From positions 2,336,001-2,400,000 of the forward strand of contig CAVUDW010000002.1 in assembly GCA_963740355.1 (NCBI GenBank): 64,000 bases of DNA, written 5' to 3'. Source of the DNA: an uncultured Gemmatimonadaceae bacterium. Lineage in GTDB: Bacteria > Gemmatimonadota > Gemmatimonadetes > Gemmatimonadales > Gemmatimonadaceae. Under the pieces are notes generated by a model. That model had not been told where the DNA came from, made no database searches, and was given only the letters and a program-made list of their open reading frames with translations. Of this stretch, positions 20,973-30,443 are shown piece by piece (position 1 is the stretch's first letter; every line of letters begins with the position of its first letter). The position numbers and the translations under genes are program-made.

Positions 20973-21272
20973 TTACGCCAATCCCACCCGCACCGACCCA
21001 CCCGCAGCCGTCACGCGGAAGTAGGGCCAATCGACCCCGACCTTTGTGCGCGTATTGGCTGAGAAACTCTGATTCGCCGCGGTGTCCGTGGAGTCCGCCA
21101 CTGCGGCCGCGGAGTTCACTCGCGAGATCGTGGCCGTCGCGCCGGCGCTGGTGATGATGGTGATGGCGCCCACCCCGCGCAGATCGAGGACGATGCTCGT
21201 GCCGGCCGTGAGTGTGCGCGGTGAGTGTGCATAAGAGCGCTGTTCGATGGTGAAGTCTGCAGGGATCGTCAT
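20973..21272 (-). CDS. Small beta-strand-rich hypothetical protein (99 aa)
   Basis: ATGA-coupled to the terS stop; MTIPADF...VDWPYFRVTAAGGSVRVGLA. Confidence 0.65.
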   Translation of the reverse strand: MTIPADFTIEQRSYAHSPRTLTAGTSIVLDLRGVGAITIITSAGATATISRVNSAAAVADSTDTAANQSFSANTRTKVGVDWPYFRVTAAGGSVRVGLA

Positions 21273-21805
21273 GTGATGGGCTCCGGGTGGATGAGGGAGA
21301 GAACAGCATCGGGCACGCCGGAGACCACAGCATCGGGCACGCCGGAGACCACGGTGATGGGCTGACCGGCGCTGGTGACATCGAGGCTTGAGTGATTGCC
21401 GTACTTGCGTGGGGCGAGCGCCGCCACGTACCACCGTCTGGCATCGAATCGCAACCGAGAACGGGCGGCAAATTCGTGATTCGGACGCTCGACACCCTGG
21501 GCGTCCGTGAATCGGTCGCCGCTCGCGTCGTCAGCGATCGCCAACGCGTCTTCGGCGATGGCGTCGACCTGCATCTCTCGCACGCGCGCGTAGCGTTTCG
21601 CGTTCTCAGGGGATTGATCCCGCCACTCGTACACAGCCCGTGGGTTGACCGCCTCGGCCTTGCAGGCACGGCGCACCAGTTCTCCCAGCGCGACCCGCTC
21701 GAGGACGCGCTTCACGCGCGCGTCCGTGGTCTTGGCCAGCATTTTCGCCGGGGCCGAGATCGGGAGGTCAGCCACCATCGCCCGGGTGCTGCGTGCTGGC
21801 GTCAT
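21269..21805 (-). CDS. terS: Terminase small subunit-like protein (Sf6-type)
   Basis: HTH (LERVALGELVRRAC...AVYEW), Y.R.RE.Q.D..AE..L.IAD, RSRLRFDARRW...LAPRKYG; ATGA-coupled. Confidence 0.8.
   Translation of the reverse strand: MTPARSTRAMVADLPISAPAKMLAKTTDARVKRVLERVALGELVRRACKAEAVNPRAVYEWRDQSPENAKRYARVREMQVDAIAEDALAIADDASGDRFTDAQGVERPNHEFAARSRLRFDARRWYVAALAPRKYGNHSSLDVTSAGQPITVVSGVPDAVVSGVPDAVLSLIHPEPIT
21303..21352. repeat. 24-bp tandem duplication in the terS 3' end
   Basis: acagcatcgggcacgccggagacc x2, encoding VVSGVPDA twice. Confidence 0.9.
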
Positions 21806-22167
21806 TCTCGATCGCCCTCGTTCTCTCGCCGCATCCGAGCCACACGTTCGCGGCCCTTCAGCAAAATCTCCGTCAGCGTCTCTCCATTCGATGTGAGATC
21901 GATGGGTTGCGTCGGTTTGCCGTACCCGCGATCCGCGCAGAACGTGAGCGCTTTGACGAAGTGCGGATGATTGTGGTCCTTGAGGATCAGGCACAGCTCT
22001 CGGAGCGTCTCCTCGCTGCTGGCAAGTGATCGCATGTGCGCCACGAAGTCGTCGGTCGGGCGACCAGGTGAAACGCCGCGCCGCGGGTCCGGTCCCTTCG
22101 CGAACGGCTTCCCGCGCAATTTCTTCGGCGCGTTCGTGCCAGCGGTGATCGTGCTGGTGTCGAGCAT
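21802..22167 (-). CDS. DUF5681-like / second terminase-small-subunit-like protein (121 aa)
   Basis: N-terminal GKPFAKG.DPRR..PGRP and C-terminal DRGYGKPTQPIDLTSNGE, motifs seen in phage TerS-like proteins. Confidence 0.6.
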   Translation of the reverse strand: MLDTSTITAGTNAPKKLRGKPFAKGPDPRRGVSPGRPTDDFVAHMRSLASSEETLRELCLILKDHNHPHFVKALTFCADRGYGKPTQPIDLTSNGETLTEILLKGRERVARMRRENEGDRE

Positions 22168-22168
22168 G

Positions 22169-22453
22169 TCAGGCCTCATTCTCAAGGGAAAGGTCGGCGC
22201 GCAGCTGGGCGATCTCTGCGCGTCTGTCTTCGGCGTACTGCTCCGCAAACTCGATCTGTTGCCGCAGCTTCATCGTCCACATGACGCGCCCGAGGAAGAG
22301 GTCGCGCGTGGCGACCGGCGCCGCGCAGCGGTGGAGAGCGTTCCACCACGCGCGGAGTGCGCGGCGCTTCTGTGCCGTGTTCTCTTCGTGGACCGCGAGC
22401 TTGCGTTCGGCCCACGCGAGTTTGTCTGTGATCTCGAGGTGTGGTGTGGTCAT
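22169..22453 (-). CDS. Hypothetical helical protein (94 aa)
   Basis: Fills the gap between the giant gene and the terS-like genes on the same strand; AGAG upstream. Confidence 0.6.
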   Translation of the reverse strand: MTTPHLEITDKLAWAERKLAVHEENTAQKRRALRAWWNALHRCAAPVATRDLFLGRVMWTMKLRQQIEFAEQYAEDRRAEIAQLRADLSLENEA

Positions 22454-22464
22454 GTCTCTCAGCG

Positions 22465-25400
22465 TTAGCGGTGACGTGGTGGGCCAATCAGTGGCGCCAA
22501 GGGATTCGAGGTCGTGCCGTCGATCAGTGCCGTGATGCCCCGCACGGTGCGATCGAGCTGGGTGGCGGGATAGCCGAACAGCAGGCCCGCGGTTTCGTTT
22601 GCCGCACGGAGTGTTGCCGGCGTGACATCACCGCCGCGCGCGATACGGTCGGTCTGCGCTTTCAACTTCCCGATCGAGGCGAACACGCCGGCACCGGCCG
22701 GGCCATCGTAGTCGCCATACCCCTGCATCATCCCGCTCACTTCGCGCCCCAGCGGCACGAGGCTGAGGGCATACGCGGCAATCTCGGCGAGATACGAGGT
22801 CGCGACGTTGTCCGGTGGCTCATCACCACGCAGGGCATCCCGCAGCAGCTTGGTGAGCACTGACGGCAGCACGACGGTGAGCAGCACCACGTTCGTGATG
22901 GCGGCGACTTGTTCACCCCGTGTGCCGTCGCGCAGCGCCAGGCGACCAGACGAGGCGATCAGGTTGTATTGCGTGTTCATGTACGAGTACATCGCGGTCC
23001 AGAGTCGCGCCCAGCCTCGGAGACGCATGACCTGCGCCTGATCCTTGAGCATGCCGTTGCCCTGGCTATCGATCACGGCTTGATCGGCCACCAGCACGGC
23101 CTCGGCTTCTGGCGTGCCGGCGCTAATGGCCTTCTGATACGCGCCAATCCATGACGGCAGGTCGACCACGGTTTGCATCAGCGCGATGCCACGATACGCG
23201 TACTCGGCCAAGCCGCGGTCGAAGGCTTGCTTCGGCTCGATCTCGAAGGTCGCACGCAACGCCGTCATCGCGTCGCGCGACACCGTCGCTTGCCGTTCCC
23301 GCATGAACGCCGACTTCTCGAGGACCATGGCATTCGACTGATTCAGGCGCAGCAGGCTGCCGGTCGATGCCAGGAGACCGCGCGCCGTCCAGCCGTAGCC
23401 AATGCGCGCCGACGTCGAGAGGAAGCCAGTGGGCTGCATGAGCGCCGTCATCACGTTGAAGCCCATGCGCACCAGCGAGACTTTTCGGTTCAGCGTCTCC
23501 GCGATCGCATCCGTGGGGCCGGCAGGACGACCGTTGACCGTGACGTCCGTCAGCGCGCTTTTGATCTGCTCCCACAGTTCCGGTCCGACCGTGGCAATCG
23601 CGCGATCACCCACGTCCGGCGCGCGGAAGAGCACTGCGTTCAGGTCGCGAATGATCTCCTGATGCGTCAGGTCGTGGATCACCTCCCGCACATGCTCCCC
23701 GATCACCAACAGGTCGAGGCGCACCGCGTAGCTGGCCGACTGCACCCGCTCAATCCGACTGCCGTTCCGTGTGCTGCCGCGATGCGCGACGCCGCGCGCA
23801 AAATCCCGCTGCTGCGATTCCAGATCGATCGATTGAATCTGCGCGCTCTGCGTCGGATCGTACTTGAGCCGGTAGTACCCGCCGCGATACTGCGTCCCGC
23901 GCACGACGAACGGAATGGCCTCCACTTTCTCCGGCGCGATCCCATCGATGCGCTTGGCGAGGGCCTCGGTCGCGGGCCAGAACGAATCGAGATAGTCCCA
24001 GACGCCTTGCACCCAGCGCAGTTGGCTGTCCGTGAGGGACTCGCGGAGGCGCTGTTGCTCGCCGTCGCCAATCTGATTGCCATCCCGCAAGCGCTGCTGA
24101 TTCCCTTCGGTGCCCGTGTTGAGCACGACGGCCAAGCGCTGCCGGAGCGTGAGATGCACGACCACGCCAGTCGAGAGGCGCACGGGTGCCGTGGTGGCGA
24201 GCGCCTTGCGGTCCGCCGGCGTGAGCAATGCGTTCACACGCGCCAACGCAACAGCCGCTTCCCGGTTCTGTCGGGCTTCCTCGGTCCCCGCTTCATTGAG
24301 CGGGCGCAGCACATACTGCCACCAGTCGCCGGTCTCATTGCCGCCGCCAATCTGCCGGACGATAGAGGGCAGGGTGCGGAGCGTGGCGAAGCGTTCGCGG
24401 GCGGCCGTCGCGAATCGTGCACGCGACGACATGGCATCCCCACGATCGGGCGCGACCTGGCCGGTGCGATCGAGTTCGTCCATCAGCTTCGTGCGCAGTT
24501 CGTCCTGCGTGTGCTGCTTCGTCAGCGCGAGCGCCTTGCCTTCGCGCGCCGCACCGGTGCCGAGCATCAGCACCGCGTCGCGAAGATCCCGCGTCTGTTG
24601 CACCGTCAGGGACTGGAACGGGATCGCCGGCGTCTCGGTGCCGAGCCCCAACGCGGCGACGATCGGATCACCCTCGGCGGTCTTCTCCGTGATCCAGCGG
24701 GCCAGATCGGCGCGGGCCTCCCATTCGGTGCGCGTGCGCTGCTTCAGGTCGACGCGTTCGAGGAGGCCATCGATCTGCTCGAGCCACGGCTGCCCAATCT
24801 TGCCGATCTTCGCACGGACCGCCGGCTGCGTATACCGGAGCAACTCGCGGCGCGCGTCCCGCATTTCGTTCTGTGCGGCGATCGCTTCCGCATAGAAGAG
24901 ATGATTCAGGAGTTGCCGGCGCTTCGCCAGGTAGGCGCCCTGCTGGTTCCCGGCGACGAGTGCGGCTTCGACTTCGCGGGCGGCCTGTCGCTCGGCGACG
25001 AAGTAGCCATGTGGGCGAATCGTGGCGGCCGTCTGCTTGGCGATCGTGTCGCGGGCGAGTCGCTTGAGACTGGCGAAGGTGACGCCGTCCGCTCGGCTCG
25101 GCACATCCAGGCCACGCACATGGCCGAGCGCGGTGAGTTCTTCCACCAACACCCGCGCCAACCCGTCGTCTGCGGCATCGTGCGCGACAGAGCGAGCGGC
25201 CTGCGCCAGCGCGTTGCCATCGTGCAGGAGATCCCCGTAGTCGCGGGCCATGCTCGCACCCACCTGCTCCCGCACGAGGGCGTCGATCGGCGGCGCCGTC
25301 AGGAGCGCGGCGATCAGCTCGTCCTCCGTGGCAAAGCCGTACTCGATGGCGAAGAGCGTGGGGTCGATGCCGGTGTCGGTGGTCGTCAGCTTCCGTTGCG

Positions 25401-28400
25401 TCAACGTTTTGCGCGCCTCGGCGCCGAATTGCGCCTCGACCCAGGCGCGCGACAGCTTCTCGCCATCGCGCAGCGCAGCCTGTGCTTGATAGACCGGCTG
25501 GCCGAGCAGCTCCGCCCGCAGCGCGTCGGACCGTCGATCGAACTCCATCCGCCATTCGGCACGCGACGCCCGCAGCGTTTCGTTCCGCAGCTGCGCCTGC
25601 AGCTTCGCGGCGAAGGCTTCATATGCGACGGACGCCCGCTGCTGATAGGCCGCGAAGTCGTCCGCACTGCCGCCCACCTGCGCAGCATCCGTCAACTGAC
25701 CTGCGCGAACATCGGCCGCCGCAATCGCACTTTCGCCGGCCACCAAGCGATCGAACACGCCGCGGACTTCCTCACTGATCGGGATATTGAGGCCCGTCGC
25801 GCTGTGATACACGCTCACGATCCACGCACGGAAGCGACCGAACAGGGCCGCCAAGTCTGCCCGGGGCGCTGTGGCCGTCGCCCAATACGATTCGAAGGCG
25901 CGGGCGAACTGCTCGTGCTTGTCGCGCTGGTCTGGCCCAAGCGTCTCACCGGGCTGCAATCCCAGCCACTCGCGGATGGTCTGCGCGTCGGCCTTGAGTG
26001 CCTCGCTGGCGGTGTCCTTCGCCGCCGTCGTCAGCAGCATATCGACGAACAGGTGCGCCGACTCGTGGATGAACGTCGACGGGTTCTTGAGATTCAGGAG
26101 CCCGATTGTGACTTGGTAGCCATCGGGCGAAAACCGGATGTAGCCGTTCGGGTTCGCGTCGTCCTGATGGAACGTGGCGTGCTCGCCATCCACGGCCATG
26201 CCCATCTGAAAGAGCACGTTCCCGGCCGCATCAACCAGCTCGCCAGCGGCATTCAGCGAGGTCCCATCGTCCGCAACGTCCGGCAATGCGTCCGCCTCGA
26301 GGCCGGCGAGCGCGTCACCCTGATAGATGTCCTGGCTGGCGAGTCGATCGATCTCCGCTTGCACGGCCGCATCGGTGCGCACCCGGTCGGATTCGGCCGC
26401 CATGGCCTCACTGATCTGCGCTGGTGTCATCCCACGCGCTACGAGGGCCGCTTCGAGTCGGGCAATCCCTTTCTTCCGGGCCGCGACTCGCCCTTCCGCC
26501 CGCATCGAGCCTTCGGTGCCGACATACGACGAGCCACCGGCCGACAACTGCTGCTCGGAATCCACCGCACGGCCCACGATGTTCTCGGCGCCGTTCGCGC
26601 TGTACGCGGCCAGCAGCTCACGCACGAGCGCCGGTGTCTCCGTGCGAGCCAGCGAGGCATTCGAGCGGAGTGCCCCGGCCGGCGTGCGCGCGGAGGCGTA
26701 CACATCACCGCGGAGCATCGCCGCTGCCTGTCGGCCGCCAACGATCTGCACCACACGCTGCGAGGCGACGTCCGCCACCGACTGCGCGGAGCGATCGGCG
26801 AGTGACCGGTACACCAAGGCGTGCAGCTGCGCCAAGGGGGCAGCCTGATCCGCCTGGACACCCGCGGCCTGCAGTTGTGCCGACACGTTCTGCCGCACCG
26901 CCTCTTCACCCTCGGCCGGCTGTGGCAGTGCCGCCTGCATCTCCTCGAGGAGCCGAGACACTACCGCCGGATCCTGCAACTCGGCAGCCTTCGCCGCCGC
27001 TTCGCGTGCGCTCCAGTCATTGAGGTTTGTCTTCAGGTCTTGCGAGACCGCATCGTGGAACGGTGACGCGGCCAGCTTGGTCGCGTACACATCCATCGGG
27101 ATCGCGACGTAGCCGCCCAACTGCTGCGCCGTGAGGTATTGGCCGGCATCCCCGAGAATCGTTTGTGCCGCCTGTTCCGGTGCGACACCAGACGACTGGA
27201 AGAACGTCGCCCATGCTTCCGCAGGGACGTAGACGGTTGGTGCATCCGGCGCCGCCGCGCGCAGCAATTCCCCCACCGTGTCGGGCGCCTCGGTCAACGC
27301 TTTCGAGCGCCGCATCGTCTCGGACAGTGCGCTGAAATACTCAGCCGTTGCCGTGGCGCGTGCGGCGCGCACATGCTGGCCGGCGTAGTTCGCGAAAGCC
27401 GGTGGGAACCCGAGGACGAGCATCGCCTGGGCGGCCTGCGTGGCGGAGTCCAGCATATCCGCGCCGATGTCAGCAACGCTGTACGCCGATCCGTCAGGGT
27501 TCGCCACGTTGAGGGCGATGTTCGACAAGCCAGGCGCGATCGACTGCAGCGCTTCCGTGCTGGCCTCTTCTGCGATGGACGCCCCCATGCTCTTCGCAAA
27601 GCCGATGACGGCACCGCGTGCGGTGCGTTGTGTCACCGCACGCTCCACGGCCTGCGCTGCGGTGGTGCGGAGCATCGAGGGAATCAGCGACTGCGGCAGC
27701 AGGCTGCGCACGCCCGGCAGTGCATTCACGAGGAACACGTTGCCGACCGTCTCGAGCAACCCGTTCACGAGGCCGACGCCCCACGCCTGCGCACGCGCCG
27801 AGCGTTCGCTGATCGCATTGCCGGCCACCGTGGTGGAGCGCATCAGCCCATCCAGCGTCATCGCCCCTTCCGCCCGCATGGACGAGAGGAACCCGCCCGC
27901 CAGCGCGCCCGCCTGTGCGCCAGCTGCCGCACCGGCTGGCACGGTCACTTCTGCAAACGGGCCACCCGCCAAGCCCGCCGCCGCACCGAGTGTGCCGCCA
28001 ATCGCAGCCCCGGTGCCTGCGTCCAGAATACCGCGAATCATCGACGGGGCGGTGACGGTCGCATTGCGGACCACATTCGCACCGAATCGAGCCAGCGACG
28101 GCAACCCGGCGGTCGCTGCATCCACTGCGGCCGCCGTGGCGGTCGGATCCATCTGCTGCCGAGCCAAGGCATCCGACTGTGCATTGAGCAACGCGTTCTG
28201 TTCTGAGGTGGCACCCGACACCATCTGCTCGAAGCGCGCATCCACCACGTCAGTGTTCATCTTCCACGAGGCACCGAACGCCGTCACCGATCGCTGCAAC
28301 ATGCTTGGCGCGCGGATCGTCATCGGCGACTGCTTCAGCAACCACGACGCGGCGGCCATCGAGGGCAGATCATCCTGTACCTGCGCCGCCTTGATGGGAT

Positions 28401-28692
28401 TTGAAAGCCACACTGCGAGCGCGCTGTCCTGGCGGATCAACTCGGCGTGGCTGTCGGGTGCCATGAGCCGCGCCGGCGCCGATGCCGGATCGATCCCGTA
28501 GGCGCGGGCCACATTTGCGTTGGCGCGCGCGGTCGGCGCTGGCGTCTGCTTCGCGAGTTCGAGTGACGTGGTTGCGCGCTGCTGCTGCGCGGCATGCCAT
28601 CCGGCGACACGCTGCAGCTCGGCTGACACTTCGTCATCGACAGACAGGAGCGGACGACGAAGCGGGTTTGGGTCAATCCGAGGGCCGGTCAT
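22465..28692 (-). CDS. Giant (2075 aa) internal virion / DNA-ejection-like polyvalent protein with HExxH metallopeptidase-like module
   Basis: Gly/Ala zipper near the N-terminus; STFIHESAHLF...HEQFARAFESY...F.RFRAW...VY; C-terminal GGYY..YDP, GFN..TA..Q, D.P.W.GAY.KA, ADQAVIDSQG blocks recalling epsilon15/BPP-1-type podophage core proteins. Confidence 0.75.
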   Translation of the reverse strand: MTGPRIDPNPLRRPLLSVDDEVSAELQRVAGWHAAQQQRATTSLELAKQTPAPTARANANVARAYGIDPASAPARLMAPDSHAELIRQDSALAVWLSNPIKAAQVQDDLPSMAAASWLLKQSPMTIRAPSMLQRSVTAFGASWKMNTDVVDARFEQMVSGATSEQNALLNAQSDALARQQMDPTATAAAVDAATAGLPSLARFGANVVRNATVTAPSMIRGILDAGTGAAIGGTLGAAAGLAGGPFAEVTVPAGAAAGAQAGALAGGFLSSMRAEGAMTLDGLMRSTTVAGNAISERSARAQAWGVGLVNGLLETVGNVFLVNALPGVRSLLPQSLIPSMLRTTAAQAVERAVTQRTARGAVIGFAKSMGASIAEEASTEALQSIAPGLSNIALNVANPDGSAYSVADIGADMLDSATQAAQAMLVLGFPPAFANYAGQHVRAARATATAEYFSALSETMRRSKALTEAPDTVGELLRAAAPDAPTVYVPAEAWATFFQSSGVAPEQAAQTILGDAGQYLTAQQLGGYVAIPMDVYATKLAASPFHDAVSQDLKTNLNDWSAREAAAKAAELQDPAVVSRLLEEMQAALPQPAEGEEAVRQNVSAQLQAAGVQADQAAPLAQLHALVYRSLADRSAQSVADVASQRVVQIVGGRQAAAMLRGDVYASARTPAGALRSNASLARTETPALVRELLAAYSANGAENIVGRAVDSEQQLSAGGSSYVGTEGSMRAEGRVAARKKGIARLEAALVARGMTPAQISEAMAAESDRVRTDAAVQAEIDRLASQDIYQGDALAGLEADALPDVADDGTSLNAAGELVDAAGNVLFQMGMAVDGEHATFHQDDANPNGYIRFSPDGYQVTIGLLNLKNPSTFIHESAHLFVDMLLTTAAKDTASEALKADAQTIREWLGLQPGETLGPDQRDKHEQFARAFESYWATATAPRADLAALFGRFRAWIVSVYHSATGLNIPISEEVRGVFDRLVAGESAIAAADVRAGQLTDAAQVGGSADDFAAYQQRASVAYEAFAAKLQAQLRNETLRASRAEWRMEFDRRSDALRAELLGQPVYQAQAALRDGEKLSRAWVEAQFGAEARKTLTQRKLTTTDTGIDPTLFAIEYGFATEDELIAALLTAPPIDALVREQVGASMARDYGDLLHDGNALAQAARSVAHDAADDGLARVLVEELTALGHVRGLDVPSRADGVTFASLKRLARDTIAKQTAATIRPHGYFVAERQAAREVEAALVAGNQQGAYLAKRRQLLNHLFYAEAIAAQNEMRDARRELLRYTQPAVRAKIGKIGQPWLEQIDGLLERVDLKQRTRTEWEARADLARWITEKTAEGDPIVAALGLGTETPAIPFQSLTVQQTRDLRDAVLMLGTGAAREGKALALTKQHTQDELRTKLMDELDRTGQVAPDRGDAMSSRARFATAARERFATLRTLPSIVRQIGGGNETGDWWQYVLRPLNEAGTEEARQNREAAVALARVNALLTPADRKALATTAPVRLSTGVVVHLTLRQRLAVVLNTGTEGNQQRLRDGNQIGDGEQQRLRESLTDSQLRWVQGVWDYLDSFWPATEALAKRIDGIAPEKVEAIPFVVRGTQYRGGYYRLKYDPTQSAQIQSIDLESQQRDFARGVAHRGSTRNGSRIERVQSASYAVRLDLLVIGEHVREVIHDLTHQEIIRDLNAVLFRAPDVGDRAIATVGPELWEQIKSALTDVTVNGRPAGPTDAIAETLNRKVSLVRMGFNVMTALMQPTGFLSTSARIGYGWTARGLLASTGSLLRLNQSNAMVLEKSAFMRERQATVSRDAMTALRATFEIEPKQAFDRGLAEYAYRGIALMQTVVDLPSWIGAYQKAISAGTPEAEAVLVADQAVIDSQGNGMLKDQAQVMRLRGWARLWTAMYSYMNTQYNLIASSGRLALRDGTRGEQVAAITNVVLLTVVLPSVLTKLLRDALRGDEPPDNVATSYLAEIAAYALSLVPLGREVSGMMQGYGDYDGPAGAGVFASIGKLKAQTDRIARGGDVTPATLRAANETAGLLFGYPATQLDRTVRGITALIDGTTSNPLAPLIGPPRHR

Positions 28693-30443
28693 CGAACCAC
28701 CTGCTCAAGGAGCGCGCGTGCGCTCGCTGCGGTGAGTGTGTCAGGAATTAGCCCGCGCGCGCGCAGTGCGGCGTACCGCTCGACCATCGCGTCCGTGATG
28801 CGCGGTGCGGCAATGCCAGCAACCGCCGCCAGTGCTGGGATCGTCTGTTCGCGGAACGCGGTCGCGAGCCCCGGAGCGATGCGCGCGAGCGGCACACGAA
28901 AATCACTTCGGTCGTCCGGTGCGACATCAGCCGGGAGCGCGATCGTGTTGCTCGTGCCCCAGTCATCGCGCGTCAGCACGCGCATTTTGAGCGGCTGCAT
29001 CACGAGCGTGTCGTATTCATCCGGCGTCAGGTCGCGCCCCAAGTGCTGCGCCACGGCGGCCCGGCGCGTGTCCGCTTCACGCGCGAACCGCACGTACGTG
29101 GCATTGGCCATGATCTTCTCGGCGGGGTCACTTGCCTTCGTGATGCCGAGCTCCCGGGCGGTCACCTTCGTGAGATCGTCGAAGCCAATCACCGCACCAC
29201 TCTTCACGCGCTGCGCTGTGGTGGCATTCGGTTGCGCACCGCGCCACATCCCGAGCCACCGCTCGCCATCGGGCACGCTCATACGCTGGATGTATGCGAG
29301 CGCCTGATCACGTGGGATGCGCTGAAGGTCGTCTTCCCGCATCGAGAACGCCTGGCCGGCGTAACGGGGGTCAGTCGCCGGCGGACGGCCGGACGCGGCA
29401 TGAATCAGGTTGTCCGCCAACCCACGCGAGATGGCGAACGCCTGGTCACTCTTCGAGAGACCATCCCATCCGACGGCGATTGCCTGCTGTACGATGGTCT
29501 CGCCGCGGTGCGCGCGCGCGCGGTCAATCTCCTGCTCGCGCTCTGCCTCTTCCCGCCCATAGATGCCCAGCGCATGCTCGCGCACCTTGCCCGACGTGTT
29601 CGCCCGGATGAAGTCGCGCGCGGCCCGACCATTCACGCCGTGCTGCGCGACCGCGGTATCTGCAACCGTTTGTGCCCTCATCAGATCCGTCTGCTGGCCC
29701 AGCGCCTGCTCAAGCTGCACCGCGTCGTCCGGCGCAATTGCGCCCCTCTTCGCGCGGAACAGCTGGTCGGCGGCCGTGACCTGATCCGATGCGAGGAGGC
29801 GCTGCACCGCGCCGGCGTAGAGCGAGGACACGGCCTTGTCTCGATTGGCGGCGACAACTTCCGGCGCATGCCCCTGCAGTGTGCCCAGCCGCTCCACGCC
29901 GACCATCACATCCGCCTCTGCCTTCCCGAGGGCCTGGACGTTGTTCGGATCCACCATGCCACGCGTGATGGCTGAGGTAATCGCGGTCTTTGCGACATCC
30001 AAGTCATAGACCGCACGTTCGCGCAACTCGTGACGCTGCAGCGAACCGTTCAGGGAATCGCGAAGCGCCGCCAAGCGCGGCTGCACCAACTGCCGTTGAT
30101 ACGCGGTCAAGTCTTTCGTTGACGCGCCGGCCTCGCGATCGAACACGGACAGGATGGCGTCACTCACACCGATGGCGTTCTTCCCCTGCTTGGCAAACGC
30201 GCCGCGTTCGGGATCGCTTAGCGCCTCCGTAATGAACGACGACAGGCGTGATTCAACCGCCGTAACCCGTGTCTCATCCGCCTTCCGCCGTTCCTGGACG
30301 ACGAGTGCTGCGAGATCGCCACCGGCCTGCTGCAGTGCCCCGCCTAACTGCCCGAAGGGATTCGGGTTTACGCTGTCGCGTTGCGGAGCGCTCAGTGGCC
30401 GAAGACCCGTCGAGATGGTGGGGACAACTGGGACATGAGGCAT
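28689..30443 (-). CDS. Putative internal virion / ejection protein (584 aa)
   Basis: MPHVPVVPT... N-terminus, L.DPE.G....GKNAIG motif, long helical body; lies directly upstream of the giant protein as in podophage ejection operons. Confidence 0.65.
   Translation of the reverse strand: MPHVPVVPTISTGLRPLSAPQRDSVNPNPFGQLGGALQQAGGDLAALVVQERRKADETRVTAVESRLSSFITEALSDPERGAFAKQGKNAIGVSDAILSVFDREAGASTKDLTAYQRQLVQPRLAALRDSLNGSLQRHELRERAVYDLDVAKTAITSAITRGMVDPNNVQALGKAEADVMVGVERLGTLQGHAPEVVAANRDKAVSSLYAGAVQRLLASDQVTAADQLFRAKRGAIAPDDAVQLEQALGQQTDLMRAQTVADTAVAQHGVNGRAARDFIRANTSGKVREHALGIYGREEAEREQEIDRARAHRGETIVQQAIAVGWDGLSKSDQAFAISRGLADNLIHAASGRPPATDPRYAGQAFSMREDDLQRIPRDQALAYIQRMSVPDGERWLGMWRGAQPNATTAQRVKSGAVIGFDDLTKVTARELGITKASDPAEKIMANATYVRFAREADTRRAAVAQHLGRDLTPDEYDTLVMQPLKMRVLTRDDWGTSNTIALPADVAPDDRSDFRVPLARIAPGLATAFREQTIPALAAVAGIAAPRITDAMVERYAALRARGLIPDTLTAASARALLEQVVR

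Noticed and set aside
23173..26805. 1210-aa + strand ORF inside the element
   Set aside because: Antisense shadow of the 2075-aa gene; Arg/His-rich with no motifs, typical of high-GC codon bias
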